This document shows, piece by piece, positions 51,401 through 62,500 of a stretch of DNA of 64,000 nucleotides; position 1 is the first letter of the stretch; each line of letters starts with the position of its first letter. The notes under the pieces are model-generated. The model saw only the letters and a list, made by a program, of their open reading frames with translations. It did no database searches and was not told where the DNA came from. Both the position numbers and the translations under genes were made by a program. The DNA is from Azolla caroliniana (taxonomy: Eukaryota > Plantae > Polypodiophyta): the NCBI GenBank assembly GCA_043228905.1, contig JBHGNT010000017.1:11408001-11472000 (forward strand), given 5' to 3'.

Positions 51401-53881
51401 ATGAATCAGACTATTCAAGATAAGATCCGTACTATGCTATCTCGTGTTGTGTTACCCCATGGTTTTTGGACAGAGGCTGTTATGACAGCTGTTCACTTGA
51501 TTAATCGGTCACCTACCAGGTCTTTGGGAGGGGAATACCCCAAGAAGCATGGTCGGGCAAGCCACCTTCATATGCTCACTTGAGAGTGTTTGGCTGTGAG
51601 GCTTTTGTGCACATTCGTAAAGAAGAACACAACAAACTTGAGCCAAAATCCTGCAAATGTATTTTCCTAGGATACGGTGACGAGGGTGAAATGGAGTATA
51701 GATTGTGGGATCCCGAGAAAAGAAAAATAGTATGCAGCAATGATGTTATCTACCGGGAAAATCGCATGCATAAACAACCCGAAAAGACTGAGGAAGTACG
51801 TAGGGTTGTATTCCGAGGAGAAATACTTTTTAGACAGAAAAATGTGCCCGCTGTACAGCAGGTGTTTACCTGCAAATGCAGAAAATGAGGTTGGAAACGA
51901 TCAGCCAGCCTTTGCCAATAATGATGAGCCACCAAATGTGCAGGAATGGCTAGAACAGCAAGCTGTTAATGCTGATTTGCAGGCTGAAATGCCTGGACAG
52001 CAAGTTGAAAATGATGATTTGCAGGCTCACCAGCTACCAAACAATGAGCATAGGGTTAGGAGATCGTCTAGAGTTACTAGACAGCCTGACAGATTTGTTT
52101 CTGATGCAAACAGGGTGGCTGATTATGTCATGGTGACTGATTGTGGCGAATCGTCTTGCTTCAAGGAAGCAATGGACAGACAGGACAATAAGAAATTGTA
52201 TAAAGCCATGTTGTCAGAGATGGAATCTCTTGAGAAAAATGACACTTGGGATTTGATGCAGTTGCCTAAAGGGCAGAAAACACTTCCATGCAAATGGGTT
52301 TATAAAATGAAGGTCATTTCTGATTCCTCGCCAAAGTACAAAGCAAGATTGGTTGCAAAAGGATACAAACAGGAATATGGAGTTGATTTTGATGAGAACT
52401 TCTCTCCTGTAGTTAAGATGACTACATTAAGAACCATTTTGGGCCTAGTTGAAGTTGAAGATATGGAGCTCATACAGACGGATGTGAAGACTGCCTTTTC
52501 ACATAGCGATCTGCATGAAGACATATATATGCAGCAGCCTGAAGGTTTTGTGGCTAAAGGCAAAGAGAAGATGGTTTGTAAGCTCAAAAAGAGTTTGTAT
52601 GGGTTGAAACAAGCACCAAGAGAATGGTATCATAAATTTGATACATTTATGCAGTCTCAAGGTTTTCACAGAAGTCAAGTGGACCACTGCTTGTGCACCA
52701 AGAAGGCAGGAGATGGCAGCCTGATTATCTTGGTTTTGTATGTTGATGATATGTTGATTGCTGGTAAGGATGTTCATGCCTTGAATTCATTGAAGCAAAG
52801 CCTTCATGGCAGCTTTGATATGAAGGATCTTGGTGATGCAAATCACATCCTTGGCATGCGAATACTCCGAAACCGGTCGAAAGGGGTACTCTTTCTATCT
52901 CACCAGGAGTATATCTCTAAGGTTTTGCGGCGTTTCAATATAGCGGGGGAGAAAACAATTGGGGTTCCATTGCCTCCATACTCGAAACTCAGTGCAGAAG
53001 ACAGCCCTACATCTGATGATGAGAAGGCTGAAATGGCTAAGGTTCCATATGCTTCAGCCGTTGGCAGTTTGATATATGCAATGGTTGCTACACGCCCTGA
53101 TATTGCTTTTGCAGTGGGAGTGGTTAGTAGGTACATGGCAAATCCCGCCAAAAAGCATTGGGAAGCGGTGAAAGGCATTATGAGATACCTCATTGGAAAG
53201 CAAAAGGCATCTGTCGTCTCGTTGGTTTTACGGATGCGGACAATGCTGGTCACGCGGACTGCAGAAAGTCTACTTCTGGGTATGTGTTTACTTTCACAGG
53301 AGGAGCGGTCTCTTGGATCTCCAAACTACAGAAGTGTGTTGCATTGTCTACTACAGAGGCAGAGTATGTTGCTGCCACTGAGGCATGCAAGGAGGCTTTA
53401 TGGCTTTCATATCTAGTGAGAGTCTTGGCATTACAGAGTTACCTATTCTTCATTGTGACAGTCAGAGTGCTATCAAGCTAGCTCGGAATCCAGACGAAGC
53501 ACATACATGTGAAGTATCACTTCATCAGAGATGTACTTGACAGCAAGAACATTGAGCTTGTCAAAGTACATACAAATAATAATCCTGCAGATCTTCTCAC
53601 AAAGGATCTTCCAGCTGAGGGATTTGCTCATTGCCGACAGATGATGGGAGTTGGATGGATGTATGTAGTTCAGCTTTGTACATACTTGGACTTAGCTGAC
53701 TTTTTTCTTTCTTTTTTCCTCACGGCACATTGCCTTTAGGTGGGAGGTTGTTGGGAATAATGGGCCATCGTGCCTTTTATTAGTGCACAAGTGTGAACGA
53801 ACTCGTAGCACATTTTTGACTTGTATATACATAATATCTAAAAACCAAAAAAGTGGTACACTCTTTGTACCCAAGACAATG

Positions 53882-53921
<40 letters not shown>

Positions 53922-56900
53922 CCCCTTTGTCTCTCACTCATATTCTCTCCCTCTCTGGTTAACCTAAACCCTAATCCTCGTGATGCCCTTCACAAGTCCC
54001 CTATCAAAATCATGACAAGCCTCAAGGGGGGATAGATGTTTTAAAAACACTGAGGAAACACTTACTGATTTGATTAAGCGGAGCTCTAATACAGTGACTA
54101 ATGCAAAAACATCAAATCCCTGTCCTCAAAAAAGACAACAATTAAATTCAAGCTCAGATTGAACCAATGAAGGCAAAGATAGTGGACAACAAAAAGGAAG
54201 AACTTAACCCAACCTAACGAACACCAAAGAGGAGTTGAAATAAAGGTGGAAGTGAGCCACTACAGAGGAGGTAAAGCGAGACGTCACCCTAGCAAGAAAA
54301 AAGTGTAGTCAAGATCTTAGGAAACATCAAAGAGAACTAAAGACAGGTATAGCCACAATAGTCAAAGGAGAGGTAAAAAAGAAATTGAAGCCAAAGAGTC
54401 CGTTCGGTGGATGTAGCTAAGAAACAAGTACAATGACAAGGAATCCCAACTCATACATAATATATTTGAAGAGCAGATGAGGTGTTCAAGACTGCTCAAC
54501 ATACAAGTCACAGGTGTCTCCATGCAACCCTGGAGAAAGAAGGAATGACATCGGAACACGGTAGTTGCCTCCCTCCACAAGCAAGTCATACTACAGGATT
54601 TGGATGGCCCCCTATCTTCCTGGACGAATATGCAAATAGACCACAAAAAATAATGTATGCCAAGGATCCTCCAAACATCACAGTTTGGAATGGCAACAGT
54701 ATTACTTTGGAAAGAATTGCCGCCTCAAATAATTATACATAGGCATTTGAAGCATGCAAGGAAATGAAGCAATAGAACAGGGAGAAGGATCGTGGTACAT
54801 GAGTGATGAAATGGTTCCAGAACAATGGATTCAACATCAAGAGATTGCCACTCTTCCGATTCCCTACACCTCTCCTGATTTGATGTGGCATGGTGAGCAT
54901 AGCCATAAACTGATCCTGTTAAGTTAGGTTCATAAGTTCTGCTACTAGGTTCTGGATAGGCGTATGCAGAAGTTTCCTCTGCTGACAGATTCTCTTCTGT
55001 ATGAGGTAGTCCATGAAAGCAGTTGAAGTACATTCTCCCCTGTTGTCCAATATGAGGGTTTTCAACTTGTCACCAGACTGATGCGCTACCTTGACCAGTC
55101 AGTTTTGGAAGACTGAGAAGGCCTGATCCTTTGATCGGATTAAGCAGGCACGTTCTTTCAGGTTTGCATCGTTGATGACAGATATGAAGAACAGTGGTCC
55201 CCGTAGAGACCGATGTGACATAGGGTCACAAATGTCTAAGTGAACTAGCCCAATCTGCACTCTATCATAGTGGAGGTTATGCAGATTTCAGGTTTGTTTA
55301 CCATACTGGCAGTTGTCACAGAATTTAAAATTATTGGAATAAGTCTCGGCATATAACCAAGTCTCAGCGTATAGTGCTTCATTCCAGACTGTAGCATATG
55401 GGCAAGCAAGGCCATGCCCCAATGAAAGCATTGGCAGCTTGGCTATTGATTACCGATGTATGAATACAAGCTTCAGCTAGAGGATAAAGTTTGAGTCTGT
55501 GGTCCTCTCCCTATGAATAGACTCCCCTTAGAAATGTCTTTGGCATAATCCAAAAAGGTTACCTTATACCTATCGCAGGTTAGCATACTGACTGGGGTCA
55601 GACTCCAGGTTACATCAAGTACATGTCACACCCGCAGGGTGATGGTGATGGTGATGGTGCTGCCATGGATCAGACTAACATTTGGCTGCTCCGGGTTCTC
55701 TGGCACTCCTGTATCGCCTAATCGGGCGCATGCAGTTGTAGAGTAGCTTCTGAAAAGTTCCTTCTACAGTGTCACATAGAATGTGGCCCCCGAACCGAGT
55801 AGCCACAAGTGCAAGTCTTCAGTACTGAAGAATACTTCCTTTGATATCTTGTTTTCCAACTAAAGCACATCAGAAAGACTTGTGCTTTGCAGTATGTGTA
55901 GTAGGTTTCTTGTTTTCTAGGTGGAGTCAGATTGGCCAGTGTTTCCAGTTCTTTTTGTTGCTTCTATTCTTCTGGTTAGCCCTCAGACAGTCAATTAACC
56001 TGTGTCCTGATGCTTTGCAGTGGGTAGAGTAGGATTCCGGATCTGGTTCTAGAGAGTGCTCTCACTGCTTGGACCTATTCCAAGATTGTAACCTGCCCCT
56101 ATGCCCATACCCTTATTCAGGTTATCTGATTCCACATCGTGTGCTTTAGCCAGATTTGGGTTTCTGGATTGCATTGCCTGATGCCTCACATCTTTGGTGA
56201 TGATGGCACTGGTTGTCGTTTCTAATGTTTTGGTGTCAGTGTTCGCTTGTGTTGTGCAAGAGATCTCCCAAGGTGATGGCAAAATGGATAAAAGTGTCAG
56301 GGAGTCCACATCTTCATGAAAGCTGATATCTTGACTTGAGAGCTCAGTATTGTGCTTGTGCTGTGAGGGTTGAGAGAGAGAATACAAGAAGATGAATAAA
56401 TCCACAGGATGTATTCTTGCATTAGCCTCAAAAGGATGTGAATAAGCCTTTAAATACGTAAATGGACATGGTTATTAGGGTTTACACAGTAGTGTGTTTA
56501 AGGACATATAGTATGGAGTTTACCACATTCAAGCTTCCTTCACTTGAAAGCACCAAAACACCAAAATATACTTATCTAAGGACATATTTCAAAAATTGAA
56601 AGTTGTAAATAAAACTAAAACTACCACAGTAGCCATTTCAGTGCAAAAATGCAATACATATTTATTATAATAGTTTTTTAAATATTAGAAACTTCGATTC
56701 CAATGCTGATATATCTAAAAACTACAAAACCATTGGACCTTATGGAATGTTTGCAAAGAAAACTATGTAAAGTGATAAGACTGATAAACTCTAGTTCCGC
56801 TTATTTTATAAAACATGCATAATTCACCCTAAACTGAGAAACATCATGAAGATAGCACATAAGAAAGGACTCTCACTCTTACAGAATCCCATCAGCCAAA

Positions 56901-58847
56901 GCTGGAAAGTCACTTAAAAGTTGTTGCTGTGCCAAGTATGCCTTAAGGGGAGAGCTCCTATCTTCAAAATCCCTCAAAAAGATGTTTACAAAGTCTTCAA
57001 GTAATACTACGAAACAATAATATAACCTTATGAAGTTTCAGACAGGGGAATAAAGCAGCATGAAAAATTGAATGCAAAACATACTAGGATGTTGAGGCAT
57101 GAAAAGCTCTTCTTTTGGAATGGGTTCCCTACTTTTGTAGAGATCACGAAAATCAGCCCATCTTCTTTCCTTCTGATTCCATCGTGAAAGTTCCACATGA
57201 ACCGTGCTTTGGCCAAATTTTTCTACTAGAGTATCCAATGTCCAATTTCTTGCACTCCAATTTTCCATAGAGTCCTCAATCACGACTGGCATTTGTGGCT
57301 GTGACAAATTTTAATATTCAAAATATCATTACAAAAGTCATTGATGAGAATATCAATTATTAGAGATTCTACATTCATGCACTATAACCTCTTGCAAAAT
57401 CGTATGAAATAATGAATCCACATTTTAATGCAAAATCGTTACTCCTTAAATACTATTCCCAAGTGTATAAATGGCAAACTACTAAGGTTAATATTTCTCT
57501 ATTAATTACTAGGGTACCACAAAGTCAAGGAGACAGACCGAGCATTAATAGTCTAGAAGGGTGAAGTTTTTCAAATTTAGAAATTCTTTTGCCAAGGTTT
57601 GAACCAAGCCCTCACATTATGAATGTAATCCCATGTTATGAACTATCTCTAGGGAGCACGATCAAGAGCTCACAAGCTTGGGTCTTACCAAAAGAGTTGG
57701 TCAGCCTAGATATTTCAAAGTAAAGGATCATGATGTGATCTAGTGTGACAATTAACAGCTAAGTGGAACCGTCTGGAAGAAAGGGAAGGAGTAGTGCTAT
57801 TCGTGGAACTTTCTTATGATGGAGAAGAGGAGGTTTGCGGACGTGGAGGAACACTTTCAGTGTTTACAAATTGCATTGGTGTAGACATCTAAAGAGCACA
57901 AGCATTCATTTCGTTTACATAGAAGGTTACAAGAACGTTACCAACCTTCAAAAGAGATGGAAGCTTCAGCAGATAACTTCTAGCAAGTGACCCAGTTACT
58001 TGAATTTATTGCAATCATTGTGAAGATTGCAAAATAAAGTTGTAATGGGAAAAGGGTTCAAAATCAAAATCAACATAAACAAAAACTAGGAGGTCATCCA
58101 ACATATTCCTGATCATATCTACTCAAACATCCTGAGTAGAAAACTCAGCATCCGAGCTTCTATACATGAACTTTTTCTAGTAAATAAGTTAAAACATTGA
58201 GATGCAGTAATTGTTATATCAAAATTTTCAAACAAAGGGAACAAGGCATGACATACATGAACCCCCTGAATCCAATCAAACATAGTAACAAGATTTCCTA
58301 TGAAAGTAAAAAACACAAATAAATTCAAAAATGATGGCATCTACCAGCATCTTCGTGACAGCCTATAGTATGCAGGAGAAAACATATTTCTTGATGGAGT
58401 AGGTTCCAAGGGGGATACATGAGAAAATACGATATCGAGAGATATTATGCAATTGAAAATGTAACACTTGTGTGGGAAATTAATTTGTATTTCCTGTTAG
58501 CGTCGTTAGGCATGTAGATTGAACTACGAAATGAACAATTGACTGTAAATCTATAACTGAGAAAGTATCTGCAGAAAGGAAACTCCACGAATATTCAAAT
58601 ATATCAATATTAGCTAATATATTCGGTTTTCTTGGCTTCGAGTCCTAGAGCTTACATCAAACCAGTCGCGCTTGAAATCGTGCAGAGAGGGACAGCGGAC
58701 GCGAGGAATCGAGGAAGCCACAGGACTAGCGGTTGTTGACGGAGATACTGGCGGGGGCGGAGACGGAGACGGAGACGGAGACGGAGATACAGGCCATATG
58801 CGACGGAGGAAGCTTCCTCTCCTGCCGTTGAGTACAAAACGCACCAT
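45295..58847 (-). CDS. JmjC-domain-only 2-oxoglutarate/Fe(II) oxygenase (JMJD5/KDM8/JMJ30-like, Cupin_8), 7 exons, 302 aa
   Basis: Exons 58847-58656, 57298-57085, 57006-56883, 48285-48171, 45713-45618, 45542-45433, 45352-45295. All introns are GT-AG, phases join, total 909 nt with no internal stop. Motifs: [80 protein letters not shown]. The HxD...H metal triad is intact. Confidence 0.93.
47781..48090. repeat. Intronic direct duplication (~135 bp x2)
   Basis: atgctatgaagatacatt...caaattccagcaagttctcatggttgttctt...catgaatcaatt at ~47781 and ~47962. Confidence 0.85.
48294..48361. repeat. (CT)n microsatellite abutting the exon 4 acceptor; (TATC)n at ~48388-48418
   Basis: Direct reading of the sequence. 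Confidence 0.97.
49170..53992 (+). mobile_element. Ty1/copia element with short LTRs in intron 3 of the JmjC gene, antisense to the gene, inactivated
   Basis: LTRs 49170-49366 and 53749-53992; TSD CAAGT (49165-49169, 53993-53997); PBS tggtatcaaagc 49370-49381; PPT 53738-53747; gag with CHHCGKKGHFKRDC, PR WILDSGAS, IN, RT YVDD and RNase H, with frameshifts; ~110-bp tandem duplication in gag (~49620-49835). Confidence 0.96.
54700..56050 (-). mobile_element. Highly degenerate copia remnant (PR / GAG-pre-integrase / IN)
   Basis: Minus strand reads WLLGSGATF (~55780-55810), FCDNCQYGKQT (~55295-55325) and LGLVHLDICDPM...FFISVINDA (~55165-55255). Boundaries unclear. Confidence 0.65.
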
Positions 58848-58924
58848 ATCCTCCCTCCCTCCTTCGCTCGCTCGTTCCTTCGGAGGATACACAGACAGAG
58901 AAGAAGAAGACTTCGGAAGAAGAA

Positions 58925-58946
58925 GGGGGGGGGGGGGGGGGGGGGG
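58925..58946. repeat. G22 homopolymer upstream of the JmjC start codon
   Basis: Direct reading; about 80 bp 5' of the ATG at 58847. Confidence 0.9.
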
Positions 58947-59224
58947 CGACAGCGACGGAAATTTTGGAGAGAGACAAAGCAAAGCGTTGGATAGCCGTCA
59001 AGGGGTCAGAGCTTCGTAACAAATGACAATATATTATTCATTTGAACACAATTGTGTCACTGAATTGTATCGTGTTGACAAGATATATGTATGTCACTCA
59101 GCCCACAAAGGGTTTTATGATGTAGTATTTCGTTCTCTTGAACATCGAAGTATAGTGTTGGATAAAGTTCCCGTGTTCTTTGATAAATGATTAGTGCATG
59201 TGTGAAGCAATGGACCCTTGTAGT

Positions 59225-59489
59225 TGTCAAAAAACTGAGCTCGGCCACTACCGAGGAATAGGATCAACTCACAGAAAACAGGAAATACAAAATGCACGAA
59301 GACAATGGAGAGCAGAGTACACAGGATGTTTTACGTGGAAAACCCTAAATGGGAAAAAACCACGGGAGTCCTCCAACTCCAACTATCACTATAAGCAGAG
59401 ATGTACAATGGTGAAGCTACAAGGCAACAACCTTGAGCTCACTGTCTTCGCCACAAGCGGCGGTAATACACAGAGGCAACGACCTCTTC

Positions 59490-59553
<64 letters not shown>

Positions 59554-62500
59554 TGCTCACTTAGCTCCCTCTAAGTGGAAAACCAGAAAAATGAGTAACA
59601 ACAACATAAAATTGTTTGCCCTAAGTCATATTTATACACATATGACTTTCGGGCTATTTACAAATATAGCCTCAAGGGCCCTTGGCAAACATATTCACAA
59701 ATATGTCCCCGCATCCGGATCTCTCTCCGGGTACATTCGTCATCCGGCTCCGTAGCCGGGGTACTCTTCATTCGGCTTCATGCCGGGTACTCTTCATCCT
59801 CCGGTTCCGTAACCGCAACCGGGCTTGCCGTCATTCATCTCCGGACATCCCATCCGGAGGGACCGAAACCCCAACAAACTCCCCCTTCACTTCGGCATGG
59901 GATGTCTCTCCAATCCGATCCTCTTCCGGCATGCTTCCAGCTTGTCGGGTGTGAGCACCTTGGTCAGCATATCCGACCCGTTCTCGTCCGTGTGGATCTT
60001 CGTCAGCACGAACTCCTTGTCTTCTATCCTTTCCCGGATCCAGTGGTATCTACGCTGGATGTGTTTCGTCCGGGAATGGTAGGCCGCGTTCTTCGCAAGG
60101 TGAATGGTACTCTGACTATCGCAGTAGAGCCGGTACTCCTCCTGCCGGATACCGAGCTCTCTAATGAAGTCCTTCATCCATATTATTTCCTTGCCGGCTT
60201 CAACAGCCGCCATGTACTCCGCCTCCGTGGTTGACAACGCAACCGTCTTCTGCAACCTCGACTGCCACGAAACGGCTCCCCTTGCATATGTCATTACATA
60301 CCCAGATGTAGACCGGCTGGTATCCGCATCAGCCGACATGTCCGAATCGGTAAATCCATCGAGTTCGGGCTTACCGGAGCCGAATTGGAGGCACATGTTC
60401 GAAGTGCCCTTTAAGTATCGGAGTATCCATTTGACCGCGTTCCAGTGCTCCTTGCCGGGATTACTCATATACCGGCTCACCACTCCGACTACGTATCCAA
60501 TGTCCGGTCTTGTACACACCATTGCGTACATCAAGCTTCCGACGGCAGAGGCATATGGTACTTTCATCATGTCCTCCTTCTCAGCCTTTGTCTTGGGACT
60601 TTGCTTGCTGGACAACTTGCAGTTTGCCGGGAGGGTTGACCCGACCGGTCTTGCTTCCGACATGTTGAACCGGTGAAGCACCTTTGTCACGTACTTCTCC
60701 TGTGACAGCCACAACTGCTTCTTCTTCCGGTCCCGGATGATGTGCATCCCTAGTATTTGCCTCGCCGGACCCAGGTCCTTCATTGAGAAGGTTCGGTGAA
60801 GCGCTTTCTTCAGCATCCATATCTTGACCTGGTCCCGTCCGACGATCAACATGTCGTCCACGTACAGGAGGAGTATTAGAAAGTCTCCTCCTTCGAACTT
60901 CTTCACAAACACGCAGTGATCGGACTGCGTTTTGTGGTACCCTTCGTCGGTCATGAAAGAATCGAACTTCCGGTACCATTGCCGGGGAGCCTGCTTCAGT
61001 CCGTAAAGGCTCTTCTTCAACCGGCATGCCAGGTGCTCCTTCCCTTTCTTCTCGAATCCTTCCGGTTGCTGCATGTAGATCTCTTCTTCGAGGTCACCGT
61101 GAAGGAATGCCGTCTTCACGTCCATCTGTTCTACCTCGAGGTCCATGCTTGCCGCTATGCTCAGCACCATCCCGATGGAGGTCATCTTCACTACCGGGGC
61201 AAATATCTCGTCGAAGTCGACGCCCTTCTTCTGCTGGAACCCCTTCACCACGATCCTGGCTTTGTATCTCGGGGGGTTTTCGGCATCTCCCGGTTTCAGC
61301 TTGAACACCCACTTGTTTCGAAGTGCCCGCTTTCCTTTCGGCAACTCCACAAGTTCATATGTGTGGTTCTCATGCAAGGAATCCATCTCCTCCTGCATGG
61401 CACTTAACCACCTGCGGCTATGGGTGTCAAGCTTTGCTTCTTCAAAACTCTCCGGCTCCCCCTCGTCGGTTAGCAGCACGTGCTCTGGTTCCGGAAATCT
61501 CCGGGGGGCCCTTCTCTCTCTTAGAGGATATCTCCGTTCCGAAGCTTCGGTAACCGGCTCCTCCGTTTCCTCTTCATCCGAATCCATTTCGGGATCGGGG
61601 CCGGTTCCGGTATCAGTTTCATCTTCTTCGGCCGGATCCTCGAGTGCTAACCGGTCCCTTGCCGGTCGGGACTGCTCTTCGTAGAGTTGATCCTCACCGG
61701 TCGACTTGGAGCTCTTCATCTTCTTCTCCGACTCCCAGTCGGCGAGTGTCTTGTCCTCCATGAAGATGATATCACGACTCCGGAATATCTTTTTGTCGAC
61801 CGGGTCCCATACTCGGTAGCCGAACTCGTCATCGCCGTAACCGAGGAATATGCATGGCCGGGTCTTTGGATCTAGCTTTCCTCTCCGGTCCTTTGCCACA
61901 TGCACATATGCGAGACACCCGAACACCTTCAGATGCCGGTAGGATACTTCCCTACCGGTCCACACTCTCTGCGGCGTGTCTCCGTCCAAAGGTACTGAGG
62001 GTGATCTGTTTATCACGTATGTCGCCGTCGACATTGCCTTAGCCCAAAACCCCTTGGGTAATTTCGCATGCGCCAGCATACTCCGGACCCTCTCCATTAT
62101 GGTCCGGTTCATCCTCTCGGCCAGCCCGTTCAGTTCCGGCGTCTTCGGCACAGTAAACTCGAGCCGGATTCCCATCGAACGGCAATACTCCTCGAATTGC
62201 CCTCGGTATTCTCCTCCGTTATCCGCTCGTATCGCTTTCAGCTTCTTGCTGGATTCCCTTTCCACTCTTGCGTGGAGTTCTTTGAAGACGCACAACACTT
62301 GGTCCTTTGTCTTCAACGGTGCCGTCCACAGCTTCCGGCTGTGGTCATCAATGAATGTCACGAAGTACTGGGCTCCGCCATGTGACTTCGTTTCTACCTG
62401 ACACACATCAGTGTGTACCAACTCCAATGGTACACTACGTCTCGTCGGTGGCCTTGAGTGGAAGGAGGTTCGGTTCTGCTTACCGGCCAGGCAATCGGTG

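Noticed and set aside
58614-58982. Longer N-terminal extension of the JmjC protein from 58982
   Set aside because: It starts at a non-ATG codon and runs through the poly-C tract. The first ATG in frame is at 58847.
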